DNA from: Basidiobolus meristosporus CBS 931.73 | Taxonomy: Eukaryota; Fungi; Basidiobolomycota | Assembly (NCBI GenBank): GCA_002104905.1 | Contig: MCFE01000063.1 | Location: 124,001 to 188,000, forward strand | Direction: 5' to 3' | DNA: 64,000 bases | Shown: one piece after another, positions 13,288 through 24,588 of the stretch | How positions within the stretch are numbered: the stretch's first letter is position 1 | Layout: each line of letters starts with the position of its first letter | Made by a program: the position numbers and the translations under genes | Notes under the pieces: model-generated | The model's database searches: none | What the model was told of the DNA's origin: nothing | What the model saw: only the letters and a program-made list of their open reading frames with translations

Positions 13288-13294
13288 ATTTATA
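13288..13294 (-). promoter_or_regulatory. Candidate TATA box, protease A
   Basis: TATAAAT on the minus strand, ~80 nt upstream of the ATG. Confidence 0.4.
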
Positions 13295-13930
13295 GGGTTT
13301 CTAGAATGCTCGCTATAATGAACATTCAAGGAGTATCAGAATATATCTAGATATACGTACACTGGATCTCTTATTCCACGCAGATAGGTTAAATCTTCCG
13401 ACCGGCGCTTGTTCTCAACAGCATTCCCAACTCTAATCTAGGGTTTTGCATTGCGCAACAATTCTGAATAACATGTAATCAATGCTATTTATCATCTAAT
13501 AGTTGTGCACTGGCATGTGTATACATTAATATCTGGCTGATGATCTTGGATCGATAGGCCATTTGATTGTTGGCTTCTCATTTTGCCAGGTCACTTCAAG
13601 TGTTGGAATGATAGAGATAATCATAGTTGTCTGATTGTTTCAAGAAATAATCAACAATGAGTTTCAATACAAATGGTGCGATATTGTGCCAAAAGCCAGA
13701 AAATGACAGTTATATAGCAATAGTCAACCATCTTTTTAGCACTGACTTACGGTCTGACATCAGATCTGACGAGGAACTATACTGTGCATGAATAAGATAG
13801 GGTTGTGTAGTGACCGCTTTATATATCATTGGAAAGTTGGTATGGATTATTGAGGCAGATCGGAAGTCACGAATAAAATTAAATGTGTAGTGCGCAGCTG
13901 CCTGTAGTGCGATGCCCTTTGTGAAGTCCA

Positions 13931-14140
13931 TTAGTCAATTTGTCCTTTGAGGTAACAGTCGATTGCCACATAACTGCAAACCAGGAGGCCGATAACGAGC
14001 GCAATATTCATAGCTTTGCCATAATCGAAGTCTCGGGGAATCATTTGAGATGGCTCGTTGGGCTCTTCACATGGTACATTCTCGTAATCAACATCGACGA
14101 TGGCAGACTTTTTGGCTTGGTTGTTCGTATGTGCGGTCAT
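13931..14140 (-). CDS. Hypothetical 69-aa single-TM microprotein
   Basis: MTAHTNNQ...AMNIALVIGLLVCSYVAIDCYLKGQID: acidic N-terminal part and one hydrophobic helix. TATATAAAAG lies 46 nt upstream. No family recognised. Confidence 0.4.
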   Translation of the reverse strand: MTAHTNNQAKKSAIVDVDYENVPCEEPNEPSQMIPRDFDYGKAMNIALVIGLLVCSYVAIDCYLKGQID

Positions 14141-14185
14141 AGTGGACAAGAGGTGGTGAATCCTTGATGGTATTACCAATATGCT

Positions 14186-14195
14186 CTTTTATATA
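14186..14195 (-). promoter_or_regulatory. Strong TATA box upstream of the small ORF
   Basis: TATATAAAAG on the minus strand. Confidence 0.5.
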
Positions 14196-15915
14196 GGCTT
14201 AACACTTGCTCATGACACCGAGTAACCAGTCTCTCCCACCTCAGATTTCTATGAACATTCTTCAATAAATTTAATTTAACTAATTTGGGCCGATTTCGAG
14301 AATGTTTGATTGACGACTAATGGCACGGCATGGTTGGTTTATTAAATAGCAAAGCCATTGAAATTCACAGCTATACCATGGGATTTTGAGTGCTGAGATT
14401 TAGAGGCTGTATGGACAAGCAAATACCCGTCTATTTTCCTATTTGTGCGCACTAGATCCTTCTTTTGGCACCACCATTTTACTTAGTACAAAAGAAACTA
14501 CAGTGTCTGATCTAATTCGTAAGGCACTCCAGAGAGTGATGGCTTGGGAGGCACATGATCTGACTGCTTGAACAGCAATGTATACATTGATTTCTCATTG
14601 AAGTCTCCAGAACTCGCCTGTATATGAAGAACATTCTCATCTTTGGCACATCCTGTACCTGACTTACCCACCACCGATTACCATTGTCATGATGGTGGGA
14701 AGAGTATATGTGTTAGAAAAAGCACGCTACCATCCATACCAACACCCCTATATACTTGCTCTTGTGTAAGAGCAATCCATGAAACGCTTTAGAGCATGCA
14801 TTACAGGGTAACCAGGAATTGCTCAATGTTGATCAAACTATAAAATCGGTTGCTGCTTGAATGCAACTAATCTACACCAACATTGAAGCTTTTTTAAGCG
14901 AGAAAGATGACCGTATGGTACTTAAACAATATTCACTGTTTACGACAGGAAATATACAACCACTAATGGCATGGGTGCTTTGGTGCCAATGTGATCTAAA
15001 CTAAACTGACTATCCCACGTATGACAAACTTGTTAATTAACTACTCATTATTTCGCTCATGTAATGACCAAGGGCGTGCCAAAGCTTTGGCTCTCATGGT
15101 AGATCCTGGCGGTATCATAAATACGTAAGCAATTGTCCCTCGTATACACATATTATTGGATCGCAATTATGTGAAAATCCTTTCACCACTATGCTGTACA
15201 CTGTAGAGTGCTATAGATTTTTCGTACACGCAGGAAGGATTTCTTTCTCATTTATTATGGATATTCAGTGAAGATTTGAGAGATTCTGATTCGTAAACAC
15301 TGCCTCTGGTCAGGCGCCTTATTGATCGAAAAAAGCCGAGTTCTCCAAACTGATTGCCGCTCAAGTTTCGATTTAAACCAATGGGGCGCTAGAAGTGGAT
15401 TGCTGCAGTCAATATATACATATCGCACAATGTACTTTGCCAATATAGATTGTGGTATCACACTGTCCGGTAATATTCAATTTGGACTATGGTTAAACTG
15501 AGGGTAGTATATTTCCGACTCGACTAAGCTTATCAGCAAAAGTAGAGCATTGTTTCTCCATAAGGAAGGTGGGTTTCCATCATGAGTCAGTGTGTACTTT
15601 TAAAGGATCCAATTAGACGTTATGTGGGGCTCGGGCAGATTATGGGGAATGGCTGTTGACTAAGATAAGCAACTATGATGATTATATGATCAGCTGTGAT
15701 CCTGGGAGGAAAAAAATTGGAGATGGCAGAGAAAAGGAAATGCTGGGGAAGAGTGGACGGGTACAAAAGTGTACTAAACGAGTAAAATTGCTGGTTTGTT
15801 CTTCGTTACCCAACCAAACCGTACATTCATTTGGTATGTTCAGTGTATTGTCGACTTTTGTTATTACATTATTAACCGCATCTTATTCTCTCCCTTCCGT
15901 ACGAGAAGTCTGGAA

Positions 15916-16395
15916 ATGTTTGCCCGCCTGATCACTGTGAACGCTAAGAGAGCCCTTGCTCGCTCCGCCTCTACAACTTCCACCCCAGCTTTGGCCAACA
16001 TCCGTAGCTCTTGGAAAACCATGGCCCAAGAGGAGAAGGTCAATTTATACAACCACCTTTTGGAGGCTCAAAAAGGTGACTGGAAGGCTTTGAGTCTCGA
16101 TCAGCAACGTGCTGCCTACTGGCTTTCTTTCGGCCCCCATGGTGTTCGTAAGGCACCCTTGGAAAAGGGTGATGGTAAGAAGGTATTCGGTGGAGTGGTG
16201 GCAGTTATTGGTATCTCTGCTGGTCTCTTTTACCTCATCCGCCTTGCTGGCCAACCCACTCCCCACACCTTCACCAAGGAGTGGCAAGAGGCTACCAACG
16301 AGAAGATGAAGGAGCAAAAGTCCAACCCTATCACTGGTATTTCTTCTGAGGACTACAATGGCAAGGGTTACCTTAGCTTCACCAAGGAGGAATAG
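15916..16395 (+). CDS. COX5: Cytochrome c oxidase subunit IV family (yeast Cox5-like), intronless
   Basis: Presequence, QKGDWKALSLDQQRAAYWLSFGPHG, TM helix, PHTFTKEWQEATNE, NPITGISS. Confidence 0.95.
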   Translation: MFARLITVNAKRALARSASTTSTPALANIRSSWKTMAQEEKVNLYNHLLEAQKGDWKALSLDQQRAAYWLSFGPHGVRKAPLEKGDGKKVFGGVVAVIGISAGLFYLIRLAGQPTPHTFTKEWQEATNEKMKEQKSNPITGISSEDYNGKGYLSFTKEE

Positions 16396-16597
16396 ATATC
16401 AATTCGAGTTTATTTGAACATTCCATTTTCTTGCATCTGCTATATATTTCCCACAACATTCATGAGCACTTCTATTATTTAAGCATAGAATAGTTCCATT
16501 TCAAGTGAATTAAAATTTGAGAACAGCTTTAATACACCCGATGTATTCTTTAGAATTATAGTAATCTAATTTATTGTGGGCTTTACCTTCTTAATAT

Positions 16598-17544
16598 TCA
16601 GGGGTTATCTGAGTTTTCGTTGTCGGCTTGCTTCATGAACTGGGATATCCATGCCTCTTTGACATCGATTCTGGCAAAGACTGCAGGAATCGCTGGATTG
16701 CAACTTGCTCCGTAGCTGGTGGTTCCCACAAGGACTGGCCCATTCTTCGTCATGGTTATTAATGGGCCGCCCGAGTCACCAAAACAAACATCTGTTTACA
16801 GTCCATGCAAGGTCAATATTATGGTATTTCTGATGAAAGCTGAGGCTACATACTCTTTCCACCACCTTTAGTACCAACGCATATGGCCACATGTGGATCG
16901 AAAGTGGGTAATTGCTTGGAGTATTCTGACAAGCATTTCCCACCAGAGAAGACCTCCAGATCTACCTGCTGTAGGGTTTGCGTATGCCGTAGCTCTGAAT
17001 TTAAACCCCACCCCATAGCACGTACAACCAAGCCTGGACGAAGTGTCTCTCCAGCATCAAGACTGATGCTTGCAGGCACATGGGTAGGCCTGGCTAACTT
17101 CAATATGGCCACTACAAAACAATGATTGAGTACGATCTCAATTGACTTCTGAACTCCGAAGGATTCACTACCATCGTTAGTCAAAGTCCTCATATTCCAA
17201 TCAGGGTGCAGATATATATCACTGACTCCCACCACATCCCCATCCTCTTCTTCAGCAGTTCGTGATAAATTGTGTCGTCTGATGTGAGCCAATATGGCCG
17301 ATGGGAGAATGGGTTTGGCGAAACAGTGGGCAGCGGTAAGGATGGTGTCTTGGTCGATTAAAGTCCCACCACAAAGCCCCTGTGGTTCTCCGAACCCGGC
17401 GGATCGTATGTAAAGAAAGGTCATCCATGGGTATGAAAAAGGTGGGCTCACCTCGGTGCCCCCGAATATGTGTAATTGTGGTGACCGGTGCGGTGCTCCA
17501 TTGATTTGCGATATACAAAAGATCAGAAAAGCTAACTTCAGCAT
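16598..17544 (-). CDS. Secreted S1 serine protease, paralog B
   Basis: Signal peptide, IFGG, CGGTL, TAAHC, NDVAILKL, spliced NVCFGDSGGP, TSYGASC. Two introns at the same positions as in paralog A. Confidence 0.95.
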
Positions 17545-17621
17545 TGAAACCGTTATTCAGATGCTTGCTATGGAATTGGTGGACGCGATACAAGAAACAT
17601 CGAGTTAACATACGACTCTAG

Positions 17622-17629
17622 CTTTTATA
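17622..17629 (-). promoter_or_regulatory. Candidate TATA box, protease B
   Basis: TATAAAAG on the minus strand, 78 nt upstream of the ATG. Confidence 0.5.
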
Positions 17630-18143
17630 ATTCTGGCCTACCGGTCCAAGCATAATCGTAATTATGGCTCAGCAAGTCACAATGATTGGAACAAATATAA
17701 TCCGAACAATCTGAGCGTAAGCTTAGAAATTTATGGGAAATTCGTGGCTGCCATATTAAGCAAATTCCGATGGGCTAGGAGTTCAGCAGCTTCTAGTACT
17801 TGGTGTGGAGAATGACATCACATTATGAGCTTTTCACAATGCTGAATATAGAGCCAATGGTTTATCCGATGATTCTACAAATAAGCGATCTGGCCTATTG
17901 TTGACAAAATACTGATGTTCGGGATTGAGAACGCCACGGTTACAATCCAGCAAAATATGAGCAGTTCATCATTACCATTTTATAGTGGATACATGCTAAC
18001 GAATTGGCAACGAATACAATGCATCCTGGTTTGAAGGTGTTGAGGTCAACATCAATGAAGGCTATTCCGGGATAGGTATCAATAGGCGATGCCCAAATAA
18101 CACATTTTTTGTTCCTTGCAAGGCTGGTTCAACAAAGGCACGT

Positions 18144-18867
18144 TTATATATGGCCTTTCTTGTTAGTCGAGAATAGCTTGCGAATTGCGAACACTTGAAA
18201 TGAGGCTATGCCAACTATAAGTGCACACTCCAAGAGTGAATACCAGAAAACTCGGCTTTCGGTAGATCTCACAGTTGCAAAATTTCTATTTTCACGCGTG
18301 CGGAAATATTTCAGCAGATGATTAATGCTATACAAGGATCCTCCTATTCTAGTGATAGATTCTTCGGTTGGATTGGTGTGATGTTCTTCCAAAGCTTGCC
18401 TGTGAGGTAGTAGAGCCTTGGCTTCTTTCTCAACACTTATATTGAAATCAACCAATTTCTCAGCAAAAGTGGACATCCCATTACTAAAGCAGAAGGTGTA
18501 TTCCCCAACTTCGTTGCCAGTGAATAACATGTCAACCTGACGCTCTTTTTCACCCTTTGCGATTATACGTGATCTAGGATCTGTAATCTCATAATCAATA
18601 TCAAAATTCCCACCAGTTTGTACCTAAAGAAACAGTGGCTTAGTTTAACTTGGATCCGGACAGTACAAGAGTATAGCAGATATATGAATAGCTTACAGCA
18701 AAGTAGAAATACACCTTCTTCCCTTGCTCATCAACCCAAGCAAAAAAGCAGGACCTATCGTTGGCTGGTACCCAATAAGTCAACGATGTTCCTTCCGCTG
18801 TATATGTTGACAATAACAGAGTGATATAGGCTGTCAGTTGAGTTACAAGAGCGATGAAACACTTCAT
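18144..18867 (-). CDS. p24/emp24/gp25L family cargo receptor
   Basis: Signal peptide, GOLD domain (CFFAWV...GGNFDIDYEITDP...YTFCFSN), RENRNFATVRSTESRVFWYS, TM helix and short tail. One intron. Confidence 0.93.
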
Positions 18868-19393
18868 GGTATAGAAGGCTTGTAGATAATACTCAATTGG
18901 CAGTTTTACTCACACCCTATGGTTAAAATACGATAGTGAAACCAAGAATTGGTGTATTTGCCAAACACCAACATCCACAACGAGCGAAGTGCTCGCAGTT
19001 CTTACATGTACACATAGGATTGGTTCATTCCTCCAGGCATGTGAATATTACAAAGTCATCAACCATCGGCATATAAGGCTCTGATCAGGCTATGTGCAAG
19101 AAATATTGGATGCTGGCTGCAGCAACGAAATTCATATTCAAGCCATGGCAGCCAGTGTAATTAATATCTACATGATATAAGGAGAAAATCTGTATTCAGC
19201 TCCTTGCATTTTATCGGGGTCTAGCAGGAGTGTGGTTAATACAGTGTACCACCTACCTATTCATATTTCCATTATCGAAGACAGGTTACCGGGGACACAG
19301 CATGGAATCATCAAGGTTGGATGAATTAATGATGTTTATTCTACTATGAGGCTAGCCATTTGAAGAATATGAATGATAACTTGGTGCTAATGA

Positions 19394-19987
19394 TTATTCA
19401 ACTTTACGCCAACAATCTACATTGAACGAGAATTCCTCAGATATTGAGCGGGCAAATCTAGCGAAGAATGAGTCTTTTAAGAATCCCCAAACATATGGAT
19501 TCCTCTTGGAGACTCCATAGGCGGTGCGTTCTTCTATTAGGCAGCCGCTTTGTGTTTGACTACTTTCAAACGCCTCGCAAGAAAAGTCTCTTGATTGTGA
19601 TAATCTCCATAAATGTGCACCTTCACCACCAATTCTCCCCCATTGTTGTTTGCAGAGCGTAGCGTTCCCTTCTTTTGGATATTTCTCCATGACGAAAGGG
19701 CAGGTCGTAAGCATACAATGGCGAAATTGTTCTTCGCAGAGTAGTTTGGTTGCTCCGCAAGTTTCATAGCATTTGTCCTTGAGCTCACAACATGAAGAGT
19801 ATAAGCCACCATAGGAAACGCGTATCTTGGTGCAGCCGGCTCCTTCTATATAGTCTGGTAATGTTTTCTGTGGGCACAATAGTGGTGGAACTGAATTTAT
19901 AGGCGGGCTCTGGTTCCATTGCGTGGAAACAAATTGAGGCTCACTTGCGCTTGCGAAGATTAAAATTAGTAGGCTTGATAATAACAT
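19394..19987 (-). CDS. Secreted group XII phospholipase A2-like protein, likely catalytically inactive
   Basis: Signal peptide. CCELKDKCYETCGATKLLCEEQFRHCMLTTC matches the PLA2G12 cysteine pattern CCxxHDxCYETCGxxKxxCDxxFxxCLxxxC, but His is Lys. TATAAAA at 20021-20027. Confidence 0.8.
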   Translation of the reverse strand: MLLSSLLILIFASASEPQFVSTQWNQSPPINSVPPLLCPQKTLPDYIEGAGCTKIRVSYGGLYSSCCELKDKCYETCGATKLLCEEQFRHCMLTTCPFVMEKYPKEGNATLCKQQWGRIGGEGAHLWRLSQSRDFSCEAFESSQTQSGCLIEERTAYGVSKRNPYVWGFLKDSFFARFARSISEEFSFNVDCWRKVE

Positions 19988-21015
19988 ATTTGCTCAACTC
20001 ACAGAACTGACAATCAAAGGTTTTATACCCTTGGATCCTCACTTATCCATATGAAGTACAGTGTATAAGGTGTTATTCCCTTTACAAATCCATTTGGGTG
20101 CATGCGCTTGGAGCGGCAATGCCTACTGCAAATGTGCATAGATTGGGAAGGTACGTAATTCTATCCTGTGTTAAGCGGGGTGTGAAGATCCTCAGGTGCC
20201 AATAGTTACCCTTGAATATACATTCAGCACTGGAGAAAGATCAAATACCTGTGTAACCGAAAGTGGACTGGGATTTACTTTGATTGTTGTATATGGAGTA
20301 TATGCTAAGAGTATGGGGAGAACACGAGACGAAGCTTTTAAACAATAATTATGTGTCACGAGTGCTAATGAAATGATGATTGAATACAAGGTTCGTGATG
20401 AACCCGTCGGGCTGTGATGTATGTGCATCAACTAGGTTACCGCTAATAAGGCCAAGCTACACTCCTATGTAGCTGTTGACTGTCTATCCCAGATTGATGT
20501 ACCTCCTTGGCCTCCTCTCCATTCGACACTGTTTTCCATGTTCCTTCAATGCAAAGACCAAGCACGGACGGTGTGTGTCCGAATTCAATGCGAAGACCCT
20601 GTTATTTGATCGGCCTGCCTAGAAATAAGGGAGAGTGGTCGAGAGATTCATTGATGGATTGTCTGAGATTTGAGGAGCTTTGGGTTCGAAAAGGAGTGTG
20701 CGTGAAGCCTGATACTGCGGGCACCTATATCGATCGTGGCCAAGGGTATTTGCATAGGAACACAAGGCCACTTGAACTATGATAGATCCAAGGATGGTGC
20801 TAACAACTTCAACATGTACCTACCACGTCTATATGTTTAGCACATTGCGTTCAATTTGGTCAGACTGGAATGGAAAATCGACAAAACTCCAGAACTCGAT
20901 ATTATCGACATCCATATTCCGATAATTAAAGTACACCGACGTCACTAGTAAAAAAAACTAGATACTATAAATTTAATTAGGCCGCATAACACCTGTAGCT
21001 TTGAACTCTCAAGCA

Positions 21016-22145
21016 ATGTCTCTTCTATCACGTGTTATTCGACGCATGGAGCGTATTGCTCCGCTTTCTTTAGCCGACACCACCTGGGATAATGTCGGGC
21101 TTCTCATTGGTATTTTCTGCAGTCTTTGCATTGGAACCGGAATCGATTAATGAGATAAATTCTTGTAGAGGCGCCGTTTCCTCGCCAGGCTGCAAATCGT
21201 ATATTTCTTACCATTGATCTGACTACCCAAGTACTCGAGGAAGCTATTAAAGACGAAAAAGTTGGAGTAATCATTGCCTATCATCCACCAATCTTCCGTG
21301 GCATGAAGCGTCTCAACATGTCCGATGTTAAGCAAGCCATTGCTTTAAAATGTGCTGCCAGTGGAATTTCGGTTTATTCTCCACATTCTGCTTTGGATTC
21401 TTGTGAAGATGGAGGTATTGCTCAAACAATAATTTTCTCGAACTAGTATTAAATCACTTGCATAGTCAATGATTGGATGAGCCGCGCACTCGGAGAAGGC
21501 TCTGTCAAACCCATTACCCCACTAAAGGAGATCCCTCAAGGTATTCCTCATTTATCGAGTTGCAAGACATGTTTCTCTAACCAATTAAATGAACCATAGA
21601 TCAACCAGAAGCTGGTGTTGGCCGTCTCTTCACTTTGGATCAGCCAGCCTCTCTATCTACTCTTGTAGAGCGAATCAAGAAACATCTTAACATTGAACAT
21701 GTTCGTGTGGCCACTTCTGCCAAGCATTGCAAGCAAAATGATCAGTATCCACAGAATATTAAAACCATCGCCATCTGTGCTGGTTCTGGTAAGCGTCTAA
21801 CAAATTACAACAGATATATTCGTCGATGATTTAATTATGAATTAGGCTCTTCTGTTTTATTCCCGGCTAAGGCGGACTTATATTTCACTGGTGAAATGTC
21901 ACATCATGAGGTTTTGGCATGTGTCGAGGATAACACCAGTGTGGTTTTATGTGAGTATTCTGAGCTTCACAACATCCTGAATCTATAGACTTAATTGATT
22001 TCAAATAGGCGAGCATACCAATACCGAGCGTGGTTACTTGAGTAATGTACTTAAGCCCAGACTAGAGAAACTCTTTTCTGATGAAGACATCCAAGTCGAA
22101 ATAGTAGTTAGCCAGGTCGATGCAGATCCTTTGAAAGTCATGTAG
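21016..22145 (+). CDS. NIF3: NIF3/Ngg1-interacting factor 3 (YbgI family) protein
   Basis: APLSLADTTWDNVGLL, IFLTIDLT, IIAYHPPIF, VYSPHSALD, IAICAGSG, TGEMSHH, EHTNTERGYL. Multi-exon. Confidence 0.93.
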
Positions 22146-22529
22146 ATTAGGTGGGCATTTGCTTTCCATCTACCCTTCTCCAAAATTGACTCGATAAATA
22201 TGGCGTCATTTGTTTTATGGCTGCTCCTCGAAATGAAGTTTAATCTAGTACCAATTTAGTTGTAGTATAATTGCAAATTGATCATCGGGTCAATCTCAAA
22301 ACTTGAATGTAGATTTATTAGTTGAAACGCGTGTATATTCCAAGTGGTATTCATTTCGACATATTGCAACAATACCAATCCTAGAAATCCTTGGATGAAT
22401 GCTCATGCTATGAAGGCTAGAAATATTATCAGTCCAATTTAGGGTATATTCGATCCCCAGATAAACGGACTTGTCCACGCTACCACTCAACAACTATAGT
22501 TTCCATTCTACTCGAAGATTGTTTAATGG

Positions 22530-24513
22530 ATGGATCGTTACGATTTCTTATTTCTGTCTCTGGTGATTCTTCATTTGTATATAGCTCCATTCACAAAGGT
22601 GGAAGAGAGTTTCAATCTGCAAGCAACCCATGACATATTATCTCACGGCGTGTTTACTCTGGAAAAAGTAAGCGTAGAATGCACCTTACGGCTGTTCTAT
22701 TACTAAACTAAATGTCGCTATAGTACGATCACTTCGAATTTCCAGGAGTTGTCCCTCGAACATTTCTGGGTCCTGCTGTCCTCGCAACATTAGCATACCC
22801 CTTCAAATTCCTTCTTCAACTATTTTATGGTGATGAGCCAATGAGCAAGTTTTGGCTCCAGTACATAGGTCAGATTGAATATTTCGTTTTGTGTTTTCTG
22901 TGCGAAATTGATATCTAATTTCAAAAATAGTTCGAGCTTGCCTTGGAGGTCTAAATGTAATAGCAATGTCGAGATTTCGCAGTTCCATAGAAAAGAGCTT
23001 CGGTGTGGAGGTCAGCATTGCCTCAGCGTTATTTAATATGGTCCAATTCCATGGAATATTTTGGATTTCTCGCACTCTGCCGAACATGTTTGCCTATTAC
23101 TTTGGTAAGGGTTCATTTGAACAACAAAATTCTACAACTGAACTAACCGATATTTTTAAACAGTTCTAATTGCGTTCCACTTCTGGCTGAAAGAGGATCA
23201 TTCTAGTCGAATGAAAATGATAGGGTGGTTAACGTTCGGGCTGGTAATATTTCGGTTTGAACTAGTACTGCTATTGGGCCCAATAGTGCTATTAGAGCTA
23301 TACAGAAGGGAAATAGGCTTTTGGGAGACTATACAGCAGGGACTCCTTTGTGGCTTAACAGGCTTAGGTAACTAGTGCTTTATTTCTCGAACTCTTGAAA
23401 TACACTAAAGGATTATGATCAGCCCTTTCCTTGGTAGTTGACAGCTACTTCTGGAATCAACTAGGGATGTATCCTGAGGGTTATGTGTTCTGGTTTAATG
23501 CAGTATTAGGCAAAAGTTCCGAGTGGGGAGTACGTATTTGTTTGTACATATAGCTATGGTACATTAATAATTAACGATCCTCGTAAGGTTTCTCCATTCC
23601 ATACATATTTTACCGGCTTCCTACCAAAATTGCTCTTAGCAGCTGCACCGCTAGCTCTATATGGAAGCATTGTAGATAGACGATTGTTACGCTATCTCAT
23701 TCCAATGGTTTCCTTTATCGTTAGCTTTTCGTTTCTCGGACATAAAGAGTGGAGGTTCATCATTTATTGTGTGCCGATATTCAACATGGCTGCCGGAGTA
23801 GGGCTTGTCAGACTGTAAAAATATTATACAGACTACATTCTATATTTTCCAGTATCAACACTAACCTTTCTTCACACGGGATTTAGCTATCGAACAGCTA
23901 GTAAATCCCAAGTATTCAAGCTGTTTCACAGAATTGCAGTGTTTTCACTGCTTTTGAGTTTTATAATTTCTACTTCGATGCTTCTGATATCTAGTCAGAA
24001 CTATCCAGGAGGAGTAGGATTACTTAGAATACACGAGCTCGAATTTCCACAAGATAATGGTACGATATGATAGATGTAGTATCCACCCTCAATTAACATC
24101 TCTTATGCAGTGTACTTACACATTGATACCTATGCTGCAACCACCGGCGCATCACGCTTTGGAGAGTTAAATGCAAATTGGAGGTAAAGAATTGTTCAAA
24201 GGTTTTCAATTGTCCCATCTCTAAACCCTGTGTGCTATTTAGATATTCGAAAAATGAGACTCATCTTTCCCCACAAGAATACCGGGAGTACACTCATCTA
24301 CTTACTGAACAGCCAGCCTTTCATGAAAAGGACTTTGAAATCCTTGAGCCAGTAATCGCATTTGACAAAATTGAGATCCGCTCTTTGAAGAACGCTCTTC
24401 CCAAACTACGAACAGCCCGAACTCTCACTCAAATCCGATCAGGGCTCCCATTACAGGCTAGGTTTTCTCCCAAATTGTGGATTATGAAAAGAAAAGATTT
24501 ACCCCAAGCCTGA
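22530..24513 (+). CDS. ALG12: Dol-P-Man alpha-1,6-mannosyltransferase (GT22)
   Basis: [61 protein letters not shown]. Many introns. Confidence 0.92.
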
Positions 24514-24588
24514 GAATAAACCGTAACTCGTTGCGAAAGTTCGCGAATATTTATTGTTTCCAAGCTATATGTGAGCATAAAATTGGTA

